The notes under the pieces: model-generated
The model's input: only the letters and a program-made list of their open reading frames with translations
Database searches by the model: none
Told to the model about the DNA's origin: nothing
Program-made: the position numbers and the translations under genes
Shown: positions 35,675-45,071 of the stretch, in pieces
How positions within the stretch are numbered: position 1 is the stretch's first letter
How the letters are laid out: every line of letters starts with the position of its first letter
From: a virus
Taxonomy: Duplodnaviria; Caudoviricetes
Reading direction: 5' to 3' (one strand)
Length of the DNA stretch: 53,416 nt
Virus record (IMG/VR): IMGVR_UViG_3300033998_000181
Location: 1-53,416 of that record

Positions 35675-35686
35675 TGAGGTGATACA

Positions 35687-36139
35687 ATGAGGCCTTCATG
35701 GGATGAGTTTTTTATGAATGTAGCGGTAAACCTTAAAACACGCTCTACTTGTCTACGAAGACAGGTTGGCGCTGTGCTTGTTGCTGAAAGACGTATACTT
35801 GCTACTGGCTACAATGGATCACCTCCCGGTGACGAACATTGCTCGGATATTGGCTGCCTGCGCCAAACTCTTGACATTCCATCTGGGGAGCGTCACGAAA
35901 TTTGTCGCGCAGTTCATGCGGAACAAAATTTGCTCGTGCAACTCGCCAAACATGGTACTACTTGGCCGAGTAGTGCTTGTGTAAAAGTTTACTGTACTAC
36001 GTTTCCTTGTTATATATGTGCAAAGCTTTTAGTGAGTATAGGTGTTAAAGAAATTTACTACATCGATGGTTATCCAGACAAATTATCGGAAGAGCTTCTC
36101 AAACGTATGAATGTGAGATGTATTCAGATGAAACTGTAA
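35687..36139 (+). CDS. dCMP deaminase
   Basis: RPSWDE.FM, RSTC.RRQVGA, TGYNG, HAEQN, PC..CAK. Confidence 0.92.
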   Translation: MRPSWDEFFMNVAVNLKTRSTCLRRQVGAVLVAERRILATGYNGSPPGDEHCSDIGCLRQTLDIPSGERHEICRAVHAEQNLLVQLAKHGTTWPSSACVKVYCTTFPCYICAKLLVSIGVKEIYYIDGYPDKLSEELLKRMNVRCIQMKL

Positions 36140-36154
36140 GACGGAGGTGGGAAT

Positions 36155-36346
36155 ATGACAGACAGAGAACAGATTCTTATTAGCTGGGTCATTGAAGAGT
36201 CCAAACGAGTTGGTAGAGAATTAATCGAAGGATTCGACTATGAAGTACGCAATGAAGGCGACGCATTAATCTTAGTATATTACACTGACCCTGATTTCAG
36301 CAACGTACAGATCTTCGAAATTACTGATAATCCATTACTACACTAA
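36155..36346 (+). CDS. Hypothetical acidic protein
   Basis: 63 aa, GGAGGTG RBS. Confidence 0.6.
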   Translation: MTDREQILISWVIEESKRVGRELIEGFDYEVRNEGDALILVYYTDPDFSNVQIFEITDNPLLH

Positions 36347-36356
36347 GGAGGCCATC

Positions 36357-36509
36357 ATGCAAAAGGAAAATAGTGGAGATAAAATGTTAAGACGGCTCGG
36401 GGATATAATGTCCTTAACGTCGGACGCGTTAACTATTGTTGCTTCTGTACTTATCATCAGATTCCTTTTAGAGACGTTGAAGGTTATTGAAGCGTTACGT
36501 ACTTTTTAG
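36357..36509 (+). CDS. Small membrane protein (50 aa)
   Basis: AAGGAGG RBS; hydrophobic ALTIVASVLIIRFLL segment. Confidence 0.5.
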   Translation: MQKENSGDKMLRRLGDIMSLTSDALTIVASVLIIRFLLETLKVIEALRTF

Positions 36510-36764
36510 GAGGTTAGATAGTGGTCAAAAATATTGTGTGGTTAGGTTATGTAGCTTTAGTAATTATGTACTTATATGCGACTATAAAAGGATAGAAAGG
36601 AGAAGAGATCAATAACGAAAAGAAACTTATCGAGAGTTGAGAGACGTAAAGCGTGGCGTACTCGTTGGAAAGCAACAAAAACGTTACTAGAAGGCAACAG
36701 AAGCGAAAGACGTAGACAATGGAGGGAAAGTTGGAAAGAATATACGGTATAGTGAGGGATCAAC

Positions 36765-38132
36765 ATGCAAGCACTTGAGTTAAAGCCACATCAGATAGAG
36801 GGCATAGATATACTAGTACGTCACGGAAGATTCCTGCTCGCAGACAAAGCTGGATTAGGTAAGACAGCAACTGTATTGAAAGCGGTCGAGAAACTCCAAG
36901 CTTTCCCTGCTCTAGTACTAGCTCCCAAGAACGCGCTCGGTGTATGGGAGTCAGAAGCTGAACAATGGCTCGACATGCCGGTAGCTATTTACAGTGGACC
37001 TCCTAAATGGAGGAAACAAGCTTGGCTACGTTTCGTAGAAAATCAACTACCATTTTTAGTAGCTAACTACGCCTTCATAGAAGAAATCTCAAAGCTCAAA
37101 AGTACGTGGCCAATTATAATAGCAGATGAAATTCACTTAGCAGGCTTGCTAAACCATAAATCGCAAACGTTCAGAAGGTTCAAGAATCTATTAAGGAGTA
37201 AGTATCTGTTCCTCGTAACAGGCTCTCCAATGAGGAAAAATCCTGCAGACTTATATGCACCACTCCATCTAATTGCACCCAAAGATTTTCCTAGCTACTG
37301 GAAATTTGTCTATCAACACTGTGTTGTAATAGAAGAGCCGTTTGGCAAAACTATCGAACCACTTCCTAAGAATCCTACTGCATTCCGTGCAATGGTAAAG
37401 AGGTATATGCTTCGGAGGTCAGAGCTCCCAGACTTGCCTCCGAAGCAACGTTTCCCTTTACCAATCATTATGACACCTAAACAGGAAGAATTGTATATAG
37501 AAATGGCCGAGGAAATGATCGCCGCAATGGACAATCAAATTGCTATTGCTCCCAACCCAATGGTAAGGGACATGCGGCTGCGTCAGTTGTTGGTAAGTCC
37601 CCTCTTGTTAGGTTTCAAAGACAAAGGTGCTATACTAGAAACACTCCCTGAGTTTGTGTGGACTGAGTATAGAGAAGACAACGCAGTTGCAGTTTTTACA
37701 CCTTTTAGAGAGGCAGTACCATTAATAGTAGACGAACTTAAGAAGGTATCGGATTTCGTCGGTACTATAACAGGTGGGATGAGCTACAAAGCAATTTCTG
37801 ATACCTACAAACATTTTCAGTCACTGAGTACTAAGAGGAAAGCTATTGTTTGTACAATTGCAAGTAGTACATCCTTTACCATTCACGAAGCGAATGTTGC
37901 ATATTTCGCCGGATGTGAGTGGGACTTTAACATGAATGAGCAAGCAGAGAAACGCATCCATAGAGAAGGACAAAAGAAGAATGTACGCATATACTATATG
38001 ATGCATAGAGGTACCATTGACGAGCATGTTATAGATATTGTAATCAACAAAAAAGTAGGTATTGATGTGGTACTCAGTCCAGAGCACTTACTGCCGATCA
38101 ATTACAAAAGACGGTTGGTACAGCAAACTTGA
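36765..38132 (+). CDS. SNF2-like SF2 helicase
   Basis: LKPHQ, LAD..GLGKT, IADEIH, TGSP, QAEKRIHR.GQ. Confidence 0.9.
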   Translation: MQALELKPHQIEGIDILVRHGRFLLADKAGLGKTATVLKAVEKLQAFPALVLAPKNALGVWESEAEQWLDMPVAIYSGPPKWRKQAWLRFVENQLPFLVANYAFIEEISKLKSTWPIIIADEIHLAGLLNHKSQTFRRFKNLLRSKYLFLVTGSPMRKNPADLYAPLHLIAPKDFPSYWKFVYQHCVVIEEPFGKTIEPLPKNPTAFRAMVKRYMLRRSELPDLPPKQRFPLPIIMTPKQEELYIEMAEEMIAAMDNQIAIAPNPMVRDMRLRQLLVSPLLLGFKDKGAILETLPEFVWTEYREDNAVAVFTPFREAVPLIVDELKKVSDFVGTITGGMSYKAISDTYKHFQSLSTKRKAIVCTIASSTSFTIHEANVAYFAGCEWDFNMNEQAEKRIHREGQKKNVRIYYMMHRGTIDEHVIDIVINKKVGIDVVLSPEHLLPINYKRRLVQQT

Positions 38133-38158
38133 AACTTTTAAAAGCTTTTAAAATCCTC

Positions 38159-38194
38159 TTGCTTTTTGTTGCATTTTGTAATATAATAGAATCA
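38159..38194 (+). promoter_or_regulatory. Promoter TTGCTT-17-TATAAT-AGAATCA
   Basis: Upstream of the recombination/deazaguanine/polymerase operon. Confidence 0.75.
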
Positions 38195-38208
38195 GAAGAA
38201 AGGAAGTG

Positions 38209-38316
38209 ATGCTATTGCGGAAGTGGTTAACAGACATTCAAGAACTGCGTGTGGCATGTGTCCTTAACTCTTTAGCTATACTTGCGTTAGCTATAACACT
38301 TCTCATACGCAAGTAA
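38209..38316 (+). CDS. 35-aa hydrophobic peptide
   Basis: MLLRKWLTDIQELRVACVLNSLAILALAITLLIRK; weak RBS. Confidence 0.4.
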   Translation: MLLRKWLTDIQELRVACVLNSLAILALAITLLIRK

Positions 38317-38334
38317 TGTGAGAGGAGGTGTTGT

Positions 38335-39438
38335 ATGGAAGACAAAAATTATATCTCTTTGCACACTCATGACAGGATCAATTTTAAGAGGTGTCGTTTG
38401 AGATGGTACCTGGCTAGCGATCTTAAATTGCACCTAGTACCGAAGGAAGAATCGAGTAGTGCTCTTTGGTTTGGGACTGGGATACACTTTGCACTTGAGG
38501 ACTTCCACGGCTATAGACGCTTCTCTTCACCAAGACATGCGTTTCAGGCCTTCTACAATTGCTTTAGAGATTACTACCCCGAACAGATGCCTGTAGATCA
38601 CGAAGACTTACTTGAGTTAGGACACGGTATCTTAGAGTACTATCCGATTTGGTTATCACAGCGAGACGAGTACAAAACACTTTGGGTAGACGGAGTACCT
38701 CAAGTAGAGGTTGATTTCAGTATTCCTATTCCCGAACTAACAGAGTACGTAGGAAAGGAGGTTAGATACGAAGGAACGTTTGACCGCGTCGTTACTGACC
38801 CCTTTGGGCGTCTTTGGGTAATGGACTACAAGACAGCAAAGCAGTTTGATACACTAAAACTGGAACTAGATGCTCAGGTTAGTGCTTACGCTTGGGCTGC
38901 AGAACAACACTATGGAAGGCCTGTAGAAGGTATGATTTATTTACAATTTAAGAAGGCTTATCCAAAATACCCTCGTAAGACATCTCAAGGCCTGAGCGTC
39001 GATAAGAAGCAGTATACAACAGCAAGACTGTTCAAATTAGCATTAGCTGAGATGGGTTACGTACCAGGAAAAACGTTGCCCGAAAAGTATGTCGACTTTA
39101 TCAATTATTTAGTTGAACAAGAGACGCCGGAGGGGGATAGATTCATACGTTGGGACTTGGTAAGACGTAACGATGCGGCGAAACAGTTCGAGTATAATAA
39201 CATCGTACTCGAAGGTATGGACATGCTAGATCCTAACCTTCGAATTTATCCTAACCCTACTCGAGACTGTTCGTGGGATTGCCCTTACCGTAGTGTGCAT
39301 TTAGCGATGATGGATGGTAGTGATTGGGAGTATATATTAGAAGAAGGATTCAGAAAGAAAGAGGAGGATAGGAGACCGTGGTTGAGCAAAATCAAGTGGG
39401 AGGATCCGCAACTGCCTCAAACGTCACTTCTTCGGTAA
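38335..39438 (+). CDS. PD-(D/E)XK Cas4/RecB-like exonuclease
   Basis: FKRCR, GT.IH..LE, GTFD.V...VMDYKT, QVSAYAWA, C.WDCPY. Confidence 0.85.
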   Translation: MEDKNYISLHTHDRINFKRCRLRWYLASDLKLHLVPKEESSSALWFGTGIHFALEDFHGYRRFSSPRHAFQAFYNCFRDYYPEQMPVDHEDLLELGHGILEYYPIWLSQRDEYKTLWVDGVPQVEVDFSIPIPELTEYVGKEVRYEGTFDRVVTDPFGRLWVMDYKTAKQFDTLKLELDAQVSAYAWAAEQHYGRPVEGMIYLQFKKAYPKYPRKTSQGLSVDKKQYTTARLFKLALAEMGYVPGKTLPEKYVDFINYLVEQETPEGDRFIRWDLVRRNDAAKQFEYNNIVLEGMDMLDPNLRIYPNPTRDCSWDCPYRSVHLAMMDGSDWEYILEEGFRKKEEDRRPWLSKIKWEDPQLPQTSLLR

Positions 39439-40271
39439 AGACAACGTCAACGCAAACGTCGCGACCACCGTTCACGATTGTGTCATCCAAAAGAGTACAT
39501 CGATGGTTAAAGGCTATGATTTACGGTGATTTTGGCGTAGGTAAAACTACACTTGCTACTAGTTCGGTGGAAGTACCAGAGATGAACGATTGTTTATTCT
39601 GTTCAGCGGAAGCAGGCGACATGTCCATCTCTGACTTCGACATTGATATGGTTTCCGTGCGAAATTATGCACAACTTGCACGTCTGCATGAGTTTTTACG
39701 TTTACATTGTAAGTATCGGGACGAAAACGACATCGAATCACTACGCAAGTTAGAAGCTAAGTACAAACAAGTGCCAGTGGAAGAGATTGAGGAACCAAGA
39801 CAATACCGCACAGTAATTTTGGATACCCTGAACGAAATTCAGAAGTACGCGATGTACCAGCTGTTGGGTATCGTAGTCGGTGAACAGCCGCTCGATGTGG
39901 AGCCTGAAAGTCCGCAATTTAAAGAGTGGAACTTAGCCACCGAAATGATCCGCCTACTGGTACGTTCCTTCCGTGACTTACCAATGCACGTCATCTTTGT
40001 GTGTTCAGAGCAAGTCAGCGAAGATGAGCGCAAACGGCGAATTCGCACTCCTGGACTACCGGGTAAACTGGCCAACGAAGTACAAGGGTTCTTGGACATG
40101 GTTGGCTACTACGTAGCTGCTCAAATGGAAGGCGGCGAAATCAAAAGGCGGTTATTCTTAGTGCCTGGCCAAACGTACCAGGCGAAGAATAGATTTGCAG
40201 GTTGGGATGGCAAGTACATTGACAATCCGACGATGAAGGACATTTACGCTCTTATGCGAAAAAGAGCCTAG
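39378..40271 (+). CDS. Sak4-like AAA ATPase / single-strand annealing protein
   Basis: IYG..GVGKTTLA, VILDT, FRDLPMHVIF, D.VGY, AKNR. Confidence 0.8.
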   Translation: MVEQNQVGGSATASNVTSSVKTTSTQTSRPPFTIVSSKRVHRWLKAMIYGDFGVGKTTLATSSVEVPEMNDCLFCSAEAGDMSISDFDIDMVSVRNYAQLARLHEFLRLHCKYRDENDIESLRKLEAKYKQVPVEEIEEPRQYRTVILDTLNEIQKYAMYQLLGIVVGEQPLDVEPESPQFKEWNLATEMIRLLVRSFRDLPMHVIFVCSEQVSEDERKRRIRTPGLPGKLANEVQGFLDMVGYYVAAQMEGGEIKRRLFLVPGQTYQAKNRFAGWDGKYIDNPTMKDIYALMRKRA

Positions 40272-40320
40272 GCGCGGGGCTCACTACCATATAGTAAACA
40301 AATATAAGGAGGTTTCTTAA

Positions 40321-40815
40321 ATGAGCAGAGACTTACTTGATCCTGATGCCATTATGGATCTGAGGGGCGACGGAAGCAACGACGAGAACTTCGACAATAT
40401 GGTATTAAACCTGGATGAGGTTAGTGAAGAACTACCAAAGTTCGAGGCAATACCTCCTGGTACCTACAATGCTATCGTTGAAAATGTCACCTTTGGCCCT
40501 TCTCAGAACAGTGGCAGTCCTATGCTGACTTGGGAATTCCGTATTACGGATCCTGCGTACGAAAACAGGAAGCTATTCTTCCATACTGTGCTTAACAAAG
40601 AGTTTGGTGTTAAGATGTTAAAGCGTACATTGCTGCGTATTTGTCCAGATATCGACTTGTCTAACTTTAGCCCCAAGGCTTTCGCCGAGACTGGTGCTGC
40701 TCTCGGGTTGCCTTGTAGGTTAAAAGTGACTGTACGTACCTACCAAGGCGAAAAACGTAACAACGTCAAAGAGGTTCTGCCTCCTGAGGGCGCTGACGAG
40801 TTCTTTGACGCTTAG
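40321..40815 (+). CDS. DUF669-like ssDNA-binding protein
   Basis: FE.IP.G.Y...V...S..SG.PML..EF.I...YENRKLF; acidic/aromatic C-terminus DEFFDA; follows the Sak4-like gene. Confidence 0.75.
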   Translation: MSRDLLDPDAIMDLRGDGSNDENFDNMVLNLDEVSEELPKFEAIPPGTYNAIVENVTFGPSQNSGSPMLTWEFRITDPAYENRKLFFHTVLNKEFGVKMLKRTLLRICPDIDLSNFSPKAFAETGAALGLPCRLKVTVRTYQGEKRNNVKEVLPPEGADEFFDA

Positions 40816-40823
40816 GAGGCAAC

Positions 40824-40860
40824 ATGGGTGAGTTAAGTACGCGCCACTTAACTCACCCAT
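40824..40860. promoter_or_regulatory. Perfect 15-bp inverted repeat
   Basis: ATGGGTGAGTTAAGT-7 nt-ACTTAACTCACCCAT with no U-tract. Confidence 0.6.
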
Positions 40861-40887
40861 ACCTTACCAATACGACAACGGAGGGAG

Positions 40888-41091
40888 ATGTGTATGGAAA
40901 AAGCTGCAGCCCGTCGCAGGGAGCTTACCTTACACGAAGCTGCGGAAAGGATAGGTAAGCATTACATCACTACATTGAAACTTGCTCGTAGTGGTAAGCT
41001 GCGTGCGATAAAAAAGGGAGGACAATGGTACGTAACGGAAGAAGAGGTAGAAAGATTCAACAGAGAAGGTAATTACAAAGGGGACGATTAA
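40888..41091 (+). CDS. Excisionase-like (HTH_17) DNA-binding protein
   Basis: LTL.EAA..IG.H..T......SGKL.A.K.GGQW.V. Confidence 0.8.
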   Translation: MCMEKAAARRRELTLHEAAERIGKHYITTLKLARSGKLRAIKKGGQWYVTEEEVERFNREGNYKGDD

Positions 41092-41092
41092 G

Positions 41093-41476
41093 GTGGCCAA
41101 TAATTTAACCGATACACGTTTATCTCCTTATATGGAAGATTGTGATGCACTTGACCGTAAGTTCAATCTTACGCATTTGCACGAGCCAAAGATGGTTCAC
41201 GTTGCGTTCTTTACACTTGCCTTGGCAGGTGAAGTAGGTGAATTAACAAATATAGTCAAAAAGATTTGGCGAGACGGAGAAAGTCCGGAGCTTTGGCAAA
41301 AGTTCGACGAAGAGATGGTTGATATCCTGATCTATTTTGTCGAACTTTTAAACGTTACGCGCTGTTCTTTTGATGAAGCATGGAGGAAGAAACGTGAAAT
41401 TCTCAGTAGACGTATGAAGGCGCAAACGGGTTACCAAGTGAAAGACTGGCTGCTATCGTTGATGCGAGAACTCTAA
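41093..41476 (+). CDS. MazG-like all-alpha nucleotide pyrophosphohydrolase
   Basis: LAGEVGEL.N.VKK ... EE..DIL.Y motifs. Confidence 0.85.
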   Translation: MANNLTDTRLSPYMEDCDALDRKFNLTHLHEPKMVHVAFFTLALAGEVGELTNIVKKIWRDGESPELWQKFDEEMVDILIYFVELLNVTRCSFDEAWRKKREILSRRMKAQTGYQVKDWLLSLMREL

Positions 41477-41488
41477 GGAGGTAACTAC

Positions 41489-42034
41489 ATGCCTATTGTT
41501 GCGATTGTTGGCCCTGACGGTGCCGGGAAAACAACTATTGTAGAAGCACTACGAAGCAAGTTGGATTGTGACTATCACAAAGGTTCGTATGAGCCACCAG
41601 ACAAAATGGTTCATACATTGGTAGAGGTCATTTCGAGAGCTCGTCCGAGTAGGATCTTGCTTTGTGATCGCCTTCATTACCCCGACGATATAGTATACTC
41701 TAGAGCAGTACGAAACATTCCTTCTACTTTAGAGTTTGTGGTACCTTTATGTGAATATGTTTTACGTGAGAATGATACGTTCTTACTCTACGTCAACGCA
41801 GGGTTGCACGTCTTAAAGCTTAGGCTCCTCGCTAGGGGCGATGATTATGTCAAAGATTTAAGTGTTTTACCTTTAATACAACGTTACTATGAAGATTTCC
41901 TGAGCAGAACTAGACTACCTTATAAGGTGATAGATACGAGTTGGGCTGATCCTGAAACGGTTGCCGAGCGCGCCGAAATGTATATCGCAGAGCGTTGGCC
42001 AAGACTATATAAGGAGGCTCTTAAACATGAGTAA
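41489..42034 (+). CDS. Deoxynucleotide monophosphate kinase (TMK-like)
   Basis: P-loop GPDGAGKTT, DR..Y...VY, RL.ARGD, IDTS. Confidence 0.8.
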   Translation: MPIVAIVGPDGAGKTTIVEALRSKLDCDYHKGSYEPPDKMVHTLVEVISRARPSRILLCDRLHYPDDIVYSRAVRNIPSTLEFVVPLCEYVLRENDTFLLYVNAGLHVLKLRLLARGDDYVKDLSVLPLIQRYYEDFLSRTRLPYKVIDTSWADPETVAERAEMYIAERWPRLYKEALKHE

Positions 42035-42686
42035 AGCTATAGTATTACTAAGCGGCGGTATGGATTCTGCAGTTACTGCGGCAGTAGCACGTCGAGAAAA
42101 CGAAGAAGTAATCGCGTTAAACGCTTACTATGGACAAAAACATTCCGTCGAGCGTGAGTGCGCTCGCAAGTTAGTAGGGCTACTGAAACTAGATGGCTAT
42201 ATTGAATTAGATTTAAGTTTCATTTTTACGCATATGCGTAGCTCACTCTTACGACTATCCAACATTCCTATTGACGATAACCAACCAAAAAACGAGGTAG
42301 GCGCAACATATGTACCAGGGAGGAATTCGATCTTCTTGTCAATTGCAGCAGGCATAGCAGACTCCATGGGAGCGCAGTTTGTATACTATGGGGCACATCA
42401 AGAGGACCATGCAGGATACCCTGATTGTAGAGCAGAATACTTTGTGGCAATCCGTGACGCTCTCAGATTGGGCACTAAGAATGAAGTGGTTCTCAAGGCA
42501 CCTTTTATCACTAAGCCTAAGAGCTACATTGTCCGAACTGGTATAGAACTCGGCGTCCCGTTCGAACATACACATTCCTGTTATCGCGGCGAGAGACCCG
42601 CGTGCGGCACATGTCCAACGTGTCAGATAAGGTTACAAGCGTTTGCAGAAGCTGGAATCGAGGATCCCTTGCCGTATAGGAGGTAG
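42027..42686 (+). CDS. queC: 7-cyano-7-deazaguanine synthase
   Basis: LSGGMDS, YGQKH..E, TYVPGRN, YPDCR, SCY...CG.C.TC..R; ATG at 42027 after AAGGAGG. Confidence 0.95.
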   Translation: MSKAIVLLSGGMDSAVTAAVARRENEEVIALNAYYGQKHSVERECARKLVGLLKLDGYIELDLSFIFTHMRSSLLRLSNIPIDDNQPKNEVGATYVPGRNSIFLSIAAGIADSMGAQFVYYGAHQEDHAGYPDCRAEYFVAIRDALRLGTKNEVVLKAPFITKPKSYIVRTGIELGVPFEHTHSCYRGERPACGTCPTCQIRLQAFAEAGIEDPLPYRR

Positions 42687-42691
42687 TTAAT

Positions 42692-43120
42692 ATGTACGCC
42701 GTTTCTAAAACGTTTACTTTTGACTGTGCTCATATGTTACCTTTTCATGAAGGACAGTGTAAGAACTTACACGGACATACGTACAAGTTAGAGGTCACTG
42801 TAGCACGAGATATCTTGAATGCTGGAAATAACATGATTGTAGACTTCGCAGAATTAAAGAGTATAGTACAGGAACGCATTATAGATCGTTTTGATCATGC
42901 TTTTGTGTATTGTCAACGTAACGAGTTTGAATGTGAAGTAGCCGAACTATTGGAGAAGCATAACCTGAAAACATTGAAGTTACCTAGTCCTACTACGGTA
43001 GAGAATATGTCTGCATATATTTATAATGTACTCGAAATAGCATTGGAAGACAAGGGCGTAAAACTGGTAAAGGTGCAGTTATGGGAAACCCCTACGAGTC
43101 ATGCTGCTTATTGGAGGTAA
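42692..43120 (+). CDS. queD: 6-carboxy-5,6,7,8-tetrahydropterin synthase
   Basis: FDCAH.L, C.NLHGHTY, DF..LK, FDH, PT.EN, WETPTS. Confidence 0.95.
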   Translation: MYAVSKTFTFDCAHMLPFHEGQCKNLHGHTYKLEVTVARDILNAGNNMIVDFAELKSIVQERIIDRFDHAFVYCQRNEFECEVAELLEKHNLKTLKLPSPTTVENMSAYIYNVLEIALEDKGVKLVKVQLWETPTSHAAYWR

Positions 43121-43124
43121 TGTG

Positions 43125-43721
43125 ATGTATAAACTACCAGTACTAGAAATATTTTCAAGTATTCAGGGCGAAGGATATCATATGGGCAAATGGACAATGT
43201 TTATTCGACTAGCCGGATGTAATTTAAAATGTCCTTGGTGTGATACCAAAGACATAATGCAGATGGCTGCGCGAGATCTTACTGTAGATGATATAGTGAA
43301 AATAGTAGCCAAAAGAAACGCCTCCGTTGTAACTATCACTGGCGGAGAGCCTACCATACATGATATGGAGGCTCTCTCCTACCTAATTTACAAGTTACAG
43401 CTGTTAGGCAAGTACGTTACAATTGAAACCAATGGCACTAACCCTACGCCTGCGAATGTCAATTGGGTTACATGTTCGCCAAAACCTGGTAATGATTACA
43501 AGATTCACTCCAAGTGTAGATACAACGAATTAAAGTACGTAGTAGACGAAACTTTTGCGCCTGAGTATATAACGACATTAGCGATATCGAGAAGGGTACC
43601 TATTTACGTACAGCCTGAAGGAATGAAACCAGAGAACATACGTCGTTGTCTGGAGCTAGTGCAGCATTTTCCTTTTCTTACTCTTGGTGTGCAATTACAC
43701 AAAGTATTGGGGGTACAATAA
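43125..43721 (+). CDS. queE: 7-carboxy-7-deazaguanine synthase (radical SAM)
   Basis: [42 protein letters not shown]. Confidence 0.95.
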   Translation: MYKLPVLEIFSSIQGEGYHMGKWTMFIRLAGCNLKCPWCDTKDIMQMAARDLTVDDIVKIVAKRNASVVTITGGEPTIHDMEALSYLIYKLQLLGKYVTIETNGTNPTPANVNWVTCSPKPGNDYKIHSKCRYNELKYVVDETFAPEYITTLAISRRVPIYVQPEGMKPENIRRCLELVQHFPFLTLGVQLHKVLGVQ

Positions 43722-44278
43722 TGAAAGCACCGAATTTCGTTGAAGCTGGATTTAGAATGATGCTTATCGGGTTAGGTGAAGATCCGGATCGAGAAGGATT
43801 GAAGGCTACTCCACGACGAGTACGTGAAATGTGGGAAGAGATCTTCCGAGGATTAGAATGCGATCCAAAACGTCATTTAGAAACTACTTTCCAAGAAGAT
43901 CACCAAGAGATGGTAGTTGTGAGAGATATTCCGTTCTACTCTATGTGCGAACACCACTTTGTACCTTTCTTTGGAAAAGCACATATCGCCTATATCCCAC
44001 AAGGCAAAGTAGTCGGACTTAGTAAGCTGGCACGTACCTTGGAGGAGTACGCCAGAAGGCCGCAGGTACAGGAACGCCTGACTTCACAAATAGCTGACGC
44101 TATCGACGAAGTGCTGAAGCCCTTAGGAGTAGGAGTAGTGATAGAAGCAGAACATATGTGTATGACAATGAGGGGTATCAAAAAGCCAGGGAGCAAGACT
44201 ATTACCTCTGCGATGCGGGGCGTGTTTCTTGATAAACCGGAGGTACGTGCCGAGTTCATGAACCTTATAGGGAGGTAA
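43721..44278 (+). CDS. folE: GTP cyclohydrolase I
   Basis: [40 protein letters not shown]. Confidence 0.97.
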   Translation: MKAPNFVEAGFRMMLIGLGEDPDREGLKATPRRVREMWEEIFRGLECDPKRHLETTFQEDHQEMVVVRDIPFYSMCEHHFVPFFGKAHIAYIPQGKVVGLSKLARTLEEYARRPQVQERLTSQIADAIDEVLKPLGVGVVIEAEHMCMTMRGIKKPGSKTITSAMRGVFLDKPEVRAEFMNLIGR

Positions 44279-44282
44279 CAAT

Positions 44283-45059
44283 ATGCAAGTTGCTTCCATT
44301 GTACCTATACACTATCTTCCTCTCATCAAGGGCAAACCGTACCATTTGTGTCTTGCTCACTTAGCTCTCAATTACACCGAGTATCGAGACTTTTACAAAG
44401 AGGAAGCACAAAACGGAAGCTATGTGATATTAGACAACGGAGCTGCGGAAGGAGAAACAGTAGAAATACAGGAGCTTTTACAACTCGCTATATACCTAGG
44501 AGCTTCCGAAGTGATTCTCCCGGACTTTATAGGGGATTACGAGAAAACTATAACAGAGTCTTATAGAGCATTACACTACATCAAAAGTAGAGAAGACTAC
44601 AAAGGAAAGGTTATGGCAGTGCCTCAAGCAAGTTCATTTAAGAGCTGGCTAACAGCTGCAGAGGAGATGTTAACTTGGCCTATCGATACCTTGGGGATAC
44701 CTAAATTTCTAACATACGCCTTCGGGCCTTGTGCTCGTTTACTTGCCTTACATCGCTTAAGATCCTCACTCAGCTTTCTTAGAGCACAAGGTAAAATACA
44801 GATTCACTTGCTTGGATGTGCGTATGATCCACGTGAGGTTGGTACCATAAAGGAACTGTCACCGATACCAGTCAGAGGGGTAGATAGCTCGTTGCCTTAT
44901 CTATTAGCGCGCGACGGACATTATTTGTTGCATGCATACAGGCATCATATACAACGCAGTCAAGAGCCTGTAGATTTCCTGGACAAAGAAACAGATCCAG
45001 GCTTCGTAGCTGCGAACATACAAGTGTGGGAAGACATATGTGCCGGCGAGCTTGTATAG
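44283..45059 (+). CDS. TGT-fold 7-deazaguanine transglycosylase-like protein (divergent DpdA-like)
   Basis: Ordered TGT-like motifs ILDNGA, EVILPD, IHLLG, RGVDSS; lies directly after folE in the preQ0 cluster. Confidence 0.65.
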   Translation: MQVASIVPIHYLPLIKGKPYHLCLAHLALNYTEYRDFYKEEAQNGSYVILDNGAAEGETVEIQELLQLAIYLGASEVILPDFIGDYEKTITESYRALHYIKSREDYKGKVMAVPQASSFKSWLTAAEEMLTWPIDTLGIPKFLTYAFGPCARLLALHRLRSSLSFLRAQGKIQIHLLGCAYDPREVGTIKELSPIPVRGVDSSLPYLLARDGHYLLHAYRHHIQRSQEPVDFLDKETDPGFVAANIQVWEDICAGELV

Positions 45060-45071
45060 GAGGTTGGGCAA

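Noticed and set aside
36521-36753. Short hydrophobic ORF followed by an Arg/Trp-rich open frame
   Set aside because: No standard start for the basic frame; cannot distinguish a decayed gene from chance.
38335-39438. Cas4-like gene as part of a CRISPR-Cas system
   Set aside because: No cas1/cas2 or array; it sits in the common exonuclease-Sak4-SSB recombination module.
40888-41091. Excisionase implying lysogeny
   Set aside because: No integrase, att site or CI-like repressor recognised; HTH_17 proteins are common stand-alone regulators.
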